Source of the DNA: Balamuthia mandrillaris
Taxonomy: Eukaryota
Direction: 5' to 3'
DNA length: 64,000 nt
Assembly: GCA_031835245.2 (NCBI GenBank)
Contig: JAVKOQ020000028.1
Span: 124,001 to 188,000 of the forward strand
A program made the translations under genes and the position numbers. Below the pieces are notes generated by a model. That model was not told the origin of the DNA. It made no database searches and saw only the letters and a list, made by a program, of their open reading frames with translations. This document shows, piece after piece, positions 28,028 through 41,246 of the stretch; position 1 is the stretch's first letter, and every line of letters starts with the position of its first letter.

Positions 28028-28501
28028 ATGAACGATTTATCGGATGAGGTGCTGCTGCTCGTGTTTTGCCGTTTTGGTCAGTGGGCATGCCGATGTCACC
28101 CCTCCGCTCCCCTCTCCCCTCTCTTTCTAACCTTTGGCGTTTCGGTTTTGGGGGGCACGTGTTTGTTTGTTGTTGGATGAACAGACGAGCCGAAGGATTT
28201 GGCTGCTTGTTCCCTGGTCTCTCTGCGATGGCGGCAACTCGCTAAGGACAACCTGTTGTGGGTACAGCGCATTCGTTCTCTCTTCTCTCCTCCTTCTCGC
28301 TTCTCTCTTTTGAACATCAAAAAAAAAAAAAGAAAGCTATGTTTCAGAGGCGATGGCCGGCGCTGTTGCCTCCATCTGCCGCTTTTCCTGTTGCGGCTGC
28401 TGCTGCTTCCTCCTTGGGCTTTTGTTCCGATGATGATAGGCTCACTATCAGCTATAACCAACTTTATCGCCGTAAGCACTTCTTTTCTCCTTCTAGCTGT
28501 T

Positions 28502-28554
<53 letters not shown>

Positions 28555-28934
28555 TCGCCTTCTTTCTATTTTTCTTCCGATTCTTCGAAGTCTGACAAAC
28601 ACCACGACATAAAGATGAATGGCAGCTGCAACAACACTACGAGAATGTACGGAAGCTGAGAGAGGAGCAACAACGGAAGCTCGCTCATTACCAAGTATTC
28701 TATTCCTTCTCTGACATAAAGTGCGTTGTGGTGGGCGATACTGCTGTTGGCAAGACCTGTCTATTAAGGTTCCATTCCTTTCGTTCTTTGTTGACCTTTT
28801 AGGTCGTTTTTTGCGTTGTTCGATTTGTGTTTATAACCAAACTGACCACTGAAACAAATAGCAAAATGGCTTGTAACCAGTTTATCTATGAACATTGCCC
28901 TACTTGTGCGAATGATATTCTTTGTTTCTCTCTT

Positions 28935-28966
<32 letters not shown>

Positions 28967-29889
28967 ATTCCATGCTGATAGTGCTCATTGACTATTTGTT
29001 GTTTTCAATATACAGTGGAAGACTCTTATTCGATGGTAGTTCGTTCTAGAGATGGTGGTCATCATATAAATCTTCGTTTTTGTGATACTTCTGGTTCTTG
29101 CTCCGTTTGCCTTCTTTTTCTGTTTACTTCTTTCTGATCTTTGAATGGTGCTTAACATTGCACAGGCGCTGAAGTGGATCGTCTCCTGCAACAACAGCCA
29201 TCGTCCACGTCTGAGTTTTTTGGCGCTCCTTCGTCATCATCCTCCTCCGCTTCGACTCTCTTTGCAGGAGCAGATGTTATCATAGTATGTTTCAGTGTTG
29301 TGGATGAGCAAAGCTTCCACAGGTTGCAGCATCGCTGGCTTCCCGCGTTACAGCAGAGGCACTTGTGCGTACCTCTTCTCATCGTTGGCACCAAACTCGA
29401 CCTTCGTCCTCCTTTCCTTTCTTCTTCTTGCACCAATGCTCGAGAACACGACGAGAATGTGGATCAATCTGGGTCTTCTTCTTCTTTTATCTCTTATGAA
29501 ATGGTTTGTTTCAATCTTTTTTTCTTTTCGTTTGTGTCTTTTTATCATTGTACTTTGTATTCGCTATCCTTGTCTCCCACTCCTTTTTTTCCTGATAGAG
29601 CAGCCATTTACCATCCATTTAACAGGGAAGCAAGTTGGTAGCTAATTGTTGGGAGAGATACGCGGAGTGCAGCAGCAAAACCGGAAAAGGTATCTCCGCC
29701 ATGTTCCAGCAATTGTTATCGCTGGCCCTCAAAGACGAAGACGTGCAAGTGGAGAACCCCTTCGCTGCTTTTTTCTGCTCCTCCTCCTCCTCTTCCTCCT
29801 CCTCCTCTGTCGGTTCTTATTCTCCTGGTGATAGCGATGACGAAGAGGACAAATGGGAATACGAACAAGACGATGACGGCCAGTGGTAA
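28028..29889 (+). CDS. F-box + atypical Rho-family GTPase fusion
   Basis: F-box: LSDEVLLLVFCRF/DEPKDLAACSLVSLRWRQLAKDNLLW. GTPase: IKCVVVGDTAVGKTCLL, FCDTSG/AE, ADVIIVCFSV, VPLLIVGTKLDLR, YAECSSKTGKGI. Exons join through GT-AG introns. Confidence 0.85.
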
Positions 29890-30055
29890 GAAAAAGAAAT
29901 GCTGCAATGCCCAAACCAGAACGCTATAAACGTATTCTGCCGCTTACTCTTCATCTACGAAGGACGTGTGGACACATTCTTCTCCAGCATCATTCAACCC
30001 AAAATAGAGGTGTCGACAGTAATGCGTTACCAAAGAAGAAAAAAAACAGAAACAG

Positions 30056-30539
30056 ATGGAAGAAGCACCGCACACCAACGAAGAAGAGACGTGTCTGGTT
30101 TCGATAGAGCTCGAAGACCAGGAGCGGTTCCCTGAACCCGTCAAGGTGGAGCTCTATCCAAAGCGGGCGCCGATCACCGTGGGCAAGTTCTTGCAAAACG
30201 TGGAGACCGGGCTCTACCGAGGGGCCGCCTTCTACCGCACCGTCCGTTTGGACAACCAGCCTCAGAATGAGGAAGCTGCGTGCGTGCTTTCAGTTTCCAG
30301 TTTTGTTTTTTTTTTTTAAAAAAAAAGAGGCGCAGCGTACTGACACTTCCAACGCTCAAGTGCCATACAAGTGGTTCAAGGCGGCGTTGCCGTGACCAAA
30401 GAGGTTGAAGACCAAATCCCTATCATGCTGGAGTCCACCAAAGAGACTGGCCTCACGCACAAAGCGGGCACCATTTCAATGGCTCGAAGGTAGAGTGTTG
30501 ACCCCTTCTCTTGCCATTCACACCTCTCTCGCTCTCTTG

Positions 30540-30571
<32 letters not shown>

Positions 30572-30822
30572 ATGCATATGTTGAGTGTTTTTTTTATTGT
30601 GGCTTCAGCACACCCAACAGTGCCACTTCCGAGTTTTTTATCAGCCTAGTGGACCAGCCAAACCTGGACCACGGCGGCAAGCGTGCACCCGATGGTCATG
30701 GATTTGCTGCTTTCGGTCGTGTGGTCTCTGGCATGGATGTTCTCAAGAGGATCCATTCCAGTCCAGCGGAGGAGCAAATGCTCTTCCCGGTCATACTCAT
30801 CAAGGATATTGTCAAGTCTTGA
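30056..30822 (+). CDS. Cyclophilin-type peptidyl-prolyl isomerase, bacterial-like subtype, two introns
   Basis: APITVGKFL, FYRTVRLDNQP, VVQGG, HKAGTISMAR, SATSEFFI, GFAAFGRVVSGMDV. Confidence 0.92.
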
Positions 30823-30916
30823 CAATGCAAGTGAAGCTGGGGAAGAGGTAATAAAAGATCTGATAGCTGCTTTCTCCTTTCTCCTTATCCTTCTCTTGTC
30901 CTCAGAGGCATTGTTC

Positions 30917-30952
<36 letters not shown>

Positions 30953-31007
30953 ATTTTGATCACTTCAATGACAGAGAACAGTAAACAACAATTACATTAC
31001 TGGTACC

Positions 31008-33771
31008 TCAAAAGTTTACACTCTGAGTTCTGGCAATGCTTTCAGCCTTCAACGAAGCGTTCCTTCGATAACGAATTACCACCCAAACGGATGCCACAAC
31101 AGCAACCAGCAATGCCACAACCAACGCGACCACAAAAGGCACCAACCAAGGATACTCTTCCATGAAGTCCTCCTCAGAAGCTCCCTCTTCTGGGGAGGAA
31201 CGAGAACAATCGGTGCCATACCATCCATCGAAGCAATGACAAACAGGAAGGACGTTGTCTCCTCCTTGAGAAGAAGGTTTACACACTCCGTTGGAGGAAC
31301 AATTGTTGGCACACTCTCCTTCATGGTCTGTTCGTTCAATGAAGTGGTAAGTAGAAGCATGGAAGAGAGAAGAGGAAAGAAAGGAAGATTGGTACAAACC
31401 GATGATGGAGCAATCCAAGCCTCTCCAATCCTCCTGGCAGTGACAAGTCCCGTTGACGCACGATCCCCGTCCTGAACATTCCTTCTCTCCTGGGCATGGT
31501 GGATCATCTTTGATGTAAGACTGTCAGTCGGAGAAAACTAAGGAGAAATAGAAGCGGAAGAAAAGGAAGAAGAAGAAGAAGAAGAAGAAGAAAAGAGAGA
31601 AGAAAGAGAGAACAAGAAGAAGAAGAAGAAGAAGAACAAAAGAAGAAGAAACAGAAACAAAAGAAGAAGAAGAAGAAGAAGAAGAAGAAGAAGAAGAAGA
31701 AGAAGAAGAAGAAGAAGAAGAAGAAGAAGAAGAAGAAGAAGAAGAAGAAGAAGAAGAAGAAGAAGAAGAAGAAGAAGAACAAGAAGAAGAACAAGAACAA
31801 GAAGAACAAGACAACGTACAAATTTCACAAAGGGAGCCATAAGCAAAGGGATCACAGAGACATCGCGGAGGAGAGAGTTCCAGCCTGCATTTGCCGCGGC
31901 CTGAGCATTCCTCTTCACCTTCTTCCACGCTGCATATTGCTACAAATAGAGGGGTCAGTCAGCAGCGCATAACTAAAACGAACGAATCTGCCCACCTAGT
32001 CTACAATCCGGAGGCAGCCACCCTTCACGGCATTGACATTGTGGCTCAGAGTCCATGCTTTCGGCCACGCATCGCCCATGGCCATGACATTCTGGAACTC
32101 CTGTGTTGACACAGACCGCTGAAGAGGAAGATGTTAGCAAAGGGAAAGCAGTGACAAAGAGAGGAGGAGAATGAACGAACGTGTGTTGCAATCCCATCCC
32201 TTCCACCCAGTGGGACATTCATTCACCATGCACCCATAACCTTCGCTAATGCTTCCTCCGCATCTAGACCCACACCGACTGACATCAGAGTTGCAGTTCG
32301 TCACCAAGACATCACACTCTGCGCCAGTCCATCCTTCTGCTCGGCTGATGTTTGGTGTTGACCCTGTGTAAGGCACCCAATCTTCAGGGCCATCACAAAG
32401 ACATCTTGGCGGATCCAACTCCGCCACACATGCGCCATGACCGGAACATGTTGAGCAAGTCGCAACAGCACAATTGTCTCCCGTCCATCCAACATCGCAT
32501 TCACAATGGGAGGAGTTCGACTCTTCGTTCCACAGACAGAGGCCGTGCTGAGAACATTGCAATGAATCTGTGCTGCCACAGACAGGGATGGAACAGTCAG
32601 GACCCGTACGACCCTCAACGCATGAACAGCTCCCGCTTTGTCTGTCGCAAGTTCCATAACCTGAACATTCCGCTTCCAAGCCTTTGTTCATTTTCAAAGG
32701 TAAAGCACAAATTGGCTTGCTGTCAGAGAAAGAATGAGAAGGGAAAGAGAGCCTGAGAGACAAAGAGGAACCTGGACAACGCATAAAGCGAACGGAGCAA
32801 TCATATTGGGAGCCCAATACAAAGCCCGCATAGCAGACGCACTTGGGAAACAAGGAGGAAGTGTCGCAATAGCCGTGTTGCTGGTCGGTGCAGTCGTTGG
32901 GACATTCCGCACTTTGGCAAGCCTCTCCAGTCCATCCTGTGCAAACCTTGTGAGTACTGGGAATTGAAGGGATGAAGACCGAGAGAATCGAAGCAAAAAG
33001 AGGTACCTACCATCAAGACATTGGCAGCTTGGGGTATCATCTTCCGCAGCCACCAAGCAATAGCCATGTCCATTGCAATCGGGGCTTCCTGGGCAATCCT
33101 CTGGTGCACATTATTCAGTTATTTAGCAAAATAAACACAAAAATCCAAAAGGAGAGGAGTTGAAGGCTGGTACCAGCACTGCAGTCCAAGCCAGCCCAAC
33201 CTGGATTGCAAACACAATAACCATCCTGGCATGTGCCTCTGTCTGAGCATTCTGGGGTGCCAGGACAACTGTCTGTTATGAACAACGAAAATTGCATCCA
33301 TCAGAACCACCTGAAGACAGAAGAACGGGAGCAATGAAAGAGGCAACTTACAGGGTGGGCACTCAAGATCTTCTTCTTGAGATGCTAGCAGAAAGCTGAG
33401 ATCATGGCGAGAGCTACTTTGCTGGCAGGCTGCCTCACCTTCTGGAAATTGTTCGCTTTCCATTTCACAAGAGGCAACGGACTTTTCAGGACGTCCTATG
33501 CTATCACGGCTGAATACTGCCTCCTCAAGAAACTTTGTGCCGTTGCTGCCGCTGATGCTATTGTACAATATAAGAGAGGGAGATCGAACGGCGGAGTTTT
33601 GTGCGGCTTCAAGCAGCGACATCCAGTCTCCTCCCTTTTGCACCGTCAACACGTTCCCTCCAAAAACAGGAGGCTCCATGTATAGATCACCATCAACTCG
33701 TACATTGGAGTAATTAAACTGATTGAAACCATTAACTGTTGACAAATAATGTACGGTCAAGAGGCAGCAAG

Positions 33772-33837
<66 letters not shown>

Positions 33838-34827
33838 CAGAGACAGAGAGACATCGCGAAGAGAAGCAGAGAGAGAAGCAAGATGAGAAGAGAAATCAAA
33901 CCGTAGATAATCAAATTAGAGGCCTTCATGGACATGTTACCATGTACATGGATACTGCCTCCCAGGCGGCCGTCTTCGGGATGAGGTTGGCCTTTCCACC
34001 ACACCAATGGACGAATGATTGCTCTATCTTCGGCGAGCAAGTTGCCATATATCTCTCCATTGCCCGTAAGCTCGCTTCTTGCTTTTAAAGCGACGTTTCC
34101 TTCTCCTTCTCCAACCAACACTGTCCTGTTTTTGCATTCATCATAAGCAGCCTTAGTACAAAACACACAAAACATCAACAAAGCAAACTAAATCAAACAA
34201 ACGGTTTCAAAAACGGATCCGAAAGGCTTCCGCTGAGCTGCAAGAAAGAGTTTCTTTCTATAGTCATCTCTCCGTGCACATGGAAAGTGGTTGGGGCAAC
34301 GATGTCCAGAACAACGCCACACAAGATACCACGGGTCGATCCTATTAACACGGGTCCAGAGTACTGGGTGCCGTTCCATAACGCCCAAAAGTTTACCAGA
34401 TCCATTTCACAGACGTTACAATATGCAAGAGTAACATTCCCGACTTCCACCGGCCCCTCGATTCTCTGTTGTGGATGCAAAGTTACTTCACAACACCAAC
34501 GAGGCGGAGAAAAGTTTTACCATTATTGAAACCGTGTAAACACCCCAGAAACGACGGTCAGGATATCCGCCGAGAATGACATCGTCTTCTTTGGTGGGAA
34601 CTCTGGCCACCCCGGTCTCCTCTTCGATCCAATTGGTAGGGTCATCCCTTTCAAGAAAAAGGGCAAAGTTAATATAACAACCATAAAGAAGATACCATAC
34701 TTTACCAGCCACCGTCCACCCCAGGGTACCTCCACCTGAGAACGGCTGTCTGGCCGGGAGATACCGAGAGCGCTAACACCTCCAGCAGACAGATCAGCAA
34801 TAGCGGCAGGCCGGGCGAAGCCTTCAT
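31008..34827 (-). CDS. Type-I membrane protein: signal peptide, beta-rich N-terminal domain, multiple tenascin-type EGF repeats, TM, short tail (copy A, apparently intact)
   Basis: Signal MKASPGLPLLLICLLEVLALS, W/DDPTNW...VPTKEDDVIL, repeated CSxxGxC...CxCxxGWxGxDCS, TM PWLVPFVVALVVALLVAVVASVWVVI. Confidence 0.88.
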
Positions 34828-35316
34828 TCTCTCTCTTGCTCGAGTAAGCCGGGAAACCAACAAAGATGCGTAGTGTCACTACGAAGAGACTTCCGGCTGA
34901 AAAAAATGTGTGACCACAAAGAACATGCAATCATTGAGCGAGTCTATTCCAATTAATATAAACTATTTTTAAGTTACCAGGAGGCAAAGCAATACAAGCT
35001 TTTCCTTTCTTTGTTGTTTTGTTCAAAAAGGTGCGTGCACCTCCTCTTTGTTTGATTGACCAAATATTAGAGTCAGCTGACTCTCTCCACATAGCTATGC
35101 TAAAGTCCAATGCTTTCTCGTTGCAAGCTGAATCCAATTCCCCATCCGCGAAGAAGAGAGGGATCGTGAACCACAGCCACCCGCGAAGAAGAGATCTCTT
35201 TTTTGTTCGGTTGGTTGGATGCCAAAAGGGAGAAGAGAGAGGAAGCCCATTGCGATTTGATTTGAGGCGAGGCCGGATGAACCGACACAGGAGTTGCCGC
35301 TCTGCAGGAAAGTCCT

Positions 35317-35840
35317 ACAACCAGCCGCAGGGGAATGAGGAAGAAGCATACGCGCTTTAATTTTTTTTTTTAAAAAAAGAGGCAATCGAGCTGATACCGT
35401 GACCAAAGAGGTCGAGGACCATATCCCTATCATGCTGGAGTCCACCAAAGAGACTGGCCTCACGCACAGAGCCGGCACCATTTCAATGGCTCGAAGGTAG
35501 AGTGTTGTGCCTTCTCTTGCCACAGACCCCCCTCTCTCTCTCTCTCTCTCTCTCTCCTCTCCCCCCCCCCGCGCTCTCTCTCTCGCGCTCTCTCTCTCCC
35601 TCTCGCGCTCTCTCTCTCTCCCTCTTTCCTCTGTTTCTCTCTTCTTTCTTGTGGCACGTCGTTGAAGTTTTTTTTATTGTGTAAACTTGTGGCTTGCAGC
35701 ACACCCAACAGTGCCACGTCCGAGTTTTTCATCAGCCTAGCGGACCAGCCAAACCTGGACCAGGCGGCAAGCGTGCACCAGATGGTCTTGGATTTGCTGC
35801 TTTCGGTCGTGTGGTCTCTGTTCTCAGAAGGATCCATTCC
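35317..35840 (+). pseudogene. Truncated duplicate of the 30056-30822 cyclophilin
   Basis: Near-identical to 30250-30760, but lacks the 5' end and exon-2 acceptor, and has a 1-bp deletion at ~35761 and an 8-bp deletion at ~35820. Confidence 0.88.
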
Positions 35841-35946
35841 TCTCCTTTCAGAGACATTAGGACCATCTTTCATTGGCATCGTTCGCTCTCTCTCTCGTTA
35901 ACTTCATACCATGACAGAGAACAGTAAACAACAATTAATTGGTACC

Positions 35947-38532
35947 TCAAAAGTTTACACTCTGAGTTCTGGCAATGCTTTCAGCCTTCAACGAAGCGTT
36001 CCTTCGATAACGAATTACCGCCAAACTGGATGCCAAAACAACAACTGGCAGCACCACAACCAACACGACCACGAGAGGCACCACCCAAGGATACTCTTCC
36101 ATGAAGTCCTCCTCAGAAGTTCCCTCTTCTGGGGAGGAACGAGAACAATCGGTGCCATACCATCCATCGAAGCAATGACAAACAGGGAGAACGTTGTCTC
36201 CTCCTTGAGAAGAAGGTTTACACACTCCGTTGGAGGAACAATTGTTGGCACACTCTCCTTCATGGTCTGTTTCGTTCAATGAAGTGGTCAGTGGAAGAAT
36301 GGAGGTGAGAAGAGGAAAGAAAGGAAGATTGGTACAAACCAATGATGGAGCAATCCAAGCCTCGCCAATCCTCCTGGCAGTGACAAGTCCCGTTGAGGCA
36401 CGATCCCCGCCCTGAACATTCCGTCTCTCCGGGGCATGGTGGATCATCTTTAAGATTGTCAGTCGAAGAGACGAAGAAAGAAGACGAAGAAGAAGAAGAA
36501 GAGGAAGAAGAACAAGAAGAAGAAGAAGAAGAAGAAGAAGAAGAAGAAGAAGAACAAGAAGAAAAAAAAAAAAACAAAACAAAAAAAAACAAGACAACGT
36601 ACAAATTTCACAAAGGGAGCCATAAGCAAAGGGATCACAGAGGCATCGCGGAGGAGAGAGATCCAGCCTGCATTTGCCGCGGCCTGAGCATTCCTCTTCT
36701 CCTTCTTCCACGCTGCATATTGCTACAAATAGGTGGGTCAGCAGTGTCAAAACTAAAACGAACGAATCTGCCCACCTCGCCTACAATCAGGTGGCAGCCA
36801 CCCTTCACGGCATTGACATTGTGGCTCAGAGTCCATGCTTTCGGCCACACATCGCCCATGGCCATGACATTCTGGAACTCCTGTGTTGACACAGACCGCT
36901 GAAGAGGGAGATGTTAGCAAAGGGAAAGAAGAGAGAACGGGAAAAGAAGAAGAACGCGACGTGTGTTGCAATCCCATCCCTTCCATCCAGTGGGACATTC
37001 ATTCACCATGCACCCATAACCTTCGGTAAAGTTCCCTCCGCATCTAGACCCACACCGACTGACACCAGAGTCGCAGTTCGTCACCAAGACATCACATTCT
37101 GCGCCTGTCCATCCTTCTGCTCGGCTGATGTTTGGTGTTGACCCTGTGTAAGGCACCCAATCTTCAGGTCCATCACAAAGACATCTTGGCGGATCCAATT
37201 CCGCCACACATGCGCCATTACCGGAACATGTAGAGCAAGTCGCAACAGCACAATTGTCTCCCGTCCATCCAACATCGCATTCACAATGGGAGGAGTTCGA
37301 CTCTTCGTTCCACAGACAGAGGCCGTGATGAGAACATTGCAATGAATCTGTGCTGCCACAGACAGGGATGGAACAGTCAGGACCCGTACGACCCTCTACG
37401 CATGAACAGCTCCCGGTTTGTCTGTCGCAAGTTCCATAACCTGAACATTCCGCTTCCAATCCTTTGTTCATTTTAAAGGTAAAGTACAAATTGGCTTGAT
37501 GTCAGAGAAAGAAGGAGAAGGGAAAGAGAGCCTGAGAGACAAAGAGGAACCTGGACAACGCATAAAGCGAACGGAACAATCATATTGGGAGCCCAATACA
37601 AAGCCCGCATAGCAGACGCACTTGGGAAACAAGGAGGAAGTGTCGCAATAGCCATGTTGCTGGTCGGTGCAGTCGTTGGGACATTCCGCACTTTGGCAAG
37701 CCTCTCCAGTCCATCCTGTGCCAACCCTGTGAGTACTCGGAATTGAAGGGATCAAGACCAGACAATGCAAAAAGAGGTACCTACCATCAAGACATTGGCA
37801 TCTTGGGGTATCATCTTCCGCAGCCACCAAGCAATAGCCATGTCCATTGCAATCGGGGCTTCCTGGGCAATCCTCTGGTGCACATTATTTAGCAAAATAA
37901 ACACAAAAATCCAAAAGAAGAGGAGTTGAAGGCTACCAGCACTGCAGTCCAAGCCAGCCCAACCTGGATTGCAAACACAATAACCATCCTGGCATGTGCC
38001 TCTTCTGAGCATTCTGGGGTGCCAGGACAACTGTCTTTTATGAGCAATAAATAATTGCATCCATCAGAACCACCAAGAAAGAAGAACGGGAGCAATGAAA
38101 GAGGCAACTTACAGGGTGGGCACTCAAGATCTTCTTCTTGAGATGATAACAGAAAGCTGAGATCATGGCGAGAGCTACTTTGCTGGCAGGCAGCCTCACC
38201 ATTGAGAGCTGGTTCATTGTCACTATCACAAGAGGCAACGGACTTTTCAGGACGTCCTATGCTATCACGGCTGAAAACTGCCTCCACAAAATACTTGATG
38301 CCGTTGCTGCCGCTGATGCTATTGTACAATATAAGAGAGGGAGATCGAACGGCGGAGTTTTGTGCGGCTTCAAGCAGCGACATCCAGTCTCCTCCCTTTT
38401 GCAACGTCAACATGTTCCCTCCAAAAACAGGAGGCTCCATGTATAGATCACCATCAACTCGTACATTGGAGTAATTAAACTGATTGAAACCATTAACTGT
38501 TGACAGATAATGTACGGTAAAGAGGCAGCAAG

Positions 38533-38578
<46 letters not shown>

Positions 38579-39622
38579 GCAGAGAGGCAGAGAAGCTGGG
38601 AAGAGAGAAGCGGAGAACGAGAGAAGAAGTGATAAGAGCAATCAAACCGTAGAAAATCATATTGGAGGCCTTCATGGACATGTTACCATGTACATGGATG
38701 GTGCCTCCCAGATGGCCGTCTTCGGGATGAGGATGGCCTTTCCACCACACCAATGGGCGAATGACTGCTCTATCTTCGGCGAGCAAGTTGCCATATATCT
38801 CTCCATTGCCCGTCAGCTCGCTTCTTGCTTTTAAAGCGACGGTTCCTTCTCCTTCTCCAACCAGCACTGTCCTGTTTTTTTTTTTTTTTAATTATAAGCA
38901 GCCTTAGTACAAAACCCACAACACCAACAAACTAAACAACAACGAAGCAAACCGAACGATTTCAGAAACGGATCCGAAAGGCTTCCGCTGAGCTGCAAGA
39001 AAGAGTTTCTCTCAATGATCATCGCTTCGTGCACATGGAAGGTGGTTGGGGCAACGATGTCCAGAACAACGCCACACAAGATACCACGGGTCGATCCTAT
39101 TAACACGGGTCTAGTGTACTGGGTGCCATTCCATAACGCCCAAAAGTTCACCAAATCCCTTTCGCTGACGTTACAATATGCAAGAGTGATATTCCTTACT
39201 TCCACTGGTTTTCCAATTCTCTATTGTTTATGACAACAAAGTTGTTTCAGTTAGTTGACAATACAAACGAAGCAAAAAAAAAAACGTTACCAAAACGGAA
39301 ACAGTATAGACGCCCCAGAAACGACGGTCAGGAACACCGCCAAGAATGACGTTGTCTTCTTTGGTGGGAACTCTGGCCACCCCTGTCTCCTCTTCAATCC
39401 AATTGGTGGGGTCATCCCTTGAAATCGTTTGAACAAATGGCCACAAGTTAGGTTTATATAAGAACTTGTTACAGACCGATGGTGAAGAAGAAGAAACTTG
39501 TACCAGCCACCATCCACCCCAGGGTACCTCCACCTGAGAACGGCTGTCTGGCCAGGAGAAACCAAGAGAGCCACCTCCAAAAGAAAGATAAGCAATTGCG
39601 GTGGGCCGATCAACGCCCTCAT
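35947..39622 (-). pseudogene. EGF-repeat membrane protein copy B, disrupted
   Basis: Colinear with copy A. At 38875-38891 an in-frame TAA plus A15 run replaces GAATGCAAAAA; a 1-bp deletion at ~38003 turns CSDRGTC into CSEEAHA. Confidence 0.75.
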
Positions 39623-39921
39623 TCTCTCTTTTTGACTTGGTCGCCAACAAAAATACAAAGTAGTGAAAATGAAGGGTGGTGCCTCTACAAAAAAAAAGTC
39701 AAAGCTATAATAGAAATGAATTAATAATGTTTACCTTTTACAGGGTTGTCGACATAATATTATTTACCATTTTAAGTATAAATTCATTAATCTATTTCCT
39801 TTATAAGGAATGGATGACATTAATCTTCCCTTTTAAAGGAAAATGTTTTAATTGACGTTAAAATTCGGCTAACAAAAAATTACAGCGGCATTATGTAAAT
39901 ATAGAGAGGATAACAAAGGGA

Positions 39922-40833
39922 ATGGAGGAGGAAGGAAGGGACGAGAAGGAATGGGAGTGCGAGGACTGTACCCTTCGCAACAACGGGGTCTTTCTGTGCT
40001 GCCAACGTTGCGGCTGCGTTCGGCCAAAGGATTCCTCCTCGCATTCTCATTCTGGTTCTCCTGACCCGCTGCAAAGCGAGGTCCGGAAAAATGCTGGGCA
40101 AGAAGCGAAACGCTTGGAGATGAAGGACATGATCAGGAGAACGAACGTCCGCGGTCTTAGGCTTGAAAAAAGCAGAAGCATGCCGGTGGAAGAATTAAAT
40201 GCCTTGGCAGCGACGATACGTAAAGAAAAAGAAGAAGAAGAAAAGAAAGAGAAAGAAGGAGAGGTCGATCGCTTTGCTTCCACTCCTGACCTGCAAACGA
40301 GAAGAGGCACGTTGGGAAAGCTGAGAAGCTTTGCCGCCGAGAAAAGAGGACACTTGCTCGTGCCGCAAACCGCAGTCGAAAAGAAGCTGATCAGCCCTCG
40401 AAACGAAAGAAAAGAAACTCTCATCCATTTGGCTGCTGAATCAGGTCTCTCTTTGCTCTTTGCCCTTCGCTCTTTTCTCTGTTTGTTTCTATAACAAATT
40501 GCCAAAACAGCAACTTTGGAAGAGCTACAGCAGCTGTTGGAGAAGTATAATTTGTTGGAGGTCAGAGCGAAAGACATCAACCTCTGGACTCCCTTGCATT
40601 GTGCTGCTAATGCTGGTCGCCTTCAGAACTTTAATGTTTGTTTCCTCCTTCGTTCTTCTTCTTTATTATCTTTCTTCTCCTTCTTGTTCTTCGTTCTTCG
40701 TTCTTCTTCGTTCTTCATTCTTCGTTCTTCTTCGTTCTTCTTCATTCTTCTGCTTCTTCTGCTTGTTCTGCTTGTTCTTCTTCTGCTTCTTCTGCTTGTT
40801 CTGCTTCTTCTTCTTCTTCTTCTTCTTCTTCTT

Positions 40834-40864
<31 letters not shown>

Positions 40865-41215
40865 TTCTCCTTCTTCTTCTTCTTCTTCCTTGTTCTTGTT
40901 CTTGTTCTTTGTGCTTCTATGCATGTTTAAACAAAACCAAACCAGCTTTTGTTGGACTATGGAGGCGATCCTATGGCTCAAAACAGAGACGGCTCAACGC
41001 CGCTCCACTACCTTGCGAAAAACAGGCAAATACAAAAGGACAAAGAGTATGTTAAAGTGTTGGCCAAAATACAAAACCTGGGTGGGGATGCCAACCTTCA
41101 GAACGCCAACAAGGAGAGCTGTTTACAGGCAGCAGTTCTTGGGGGCAATGCCGAAGAAGTCCTGTTCATGCTTAGGGAGATGCGTGCGAATCCGAATCTT
41201 CCTAACAGGTTTGTT

Positions 41216-41246
<31 letters not shown>

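Noticed and set aside
28500..28555. (CCTGCT)n as a Pro-Ala linker
   Set aside because: It lies inside the GTAAGC...AAAG intron (28472-28614); the read-through frame hits a stop.
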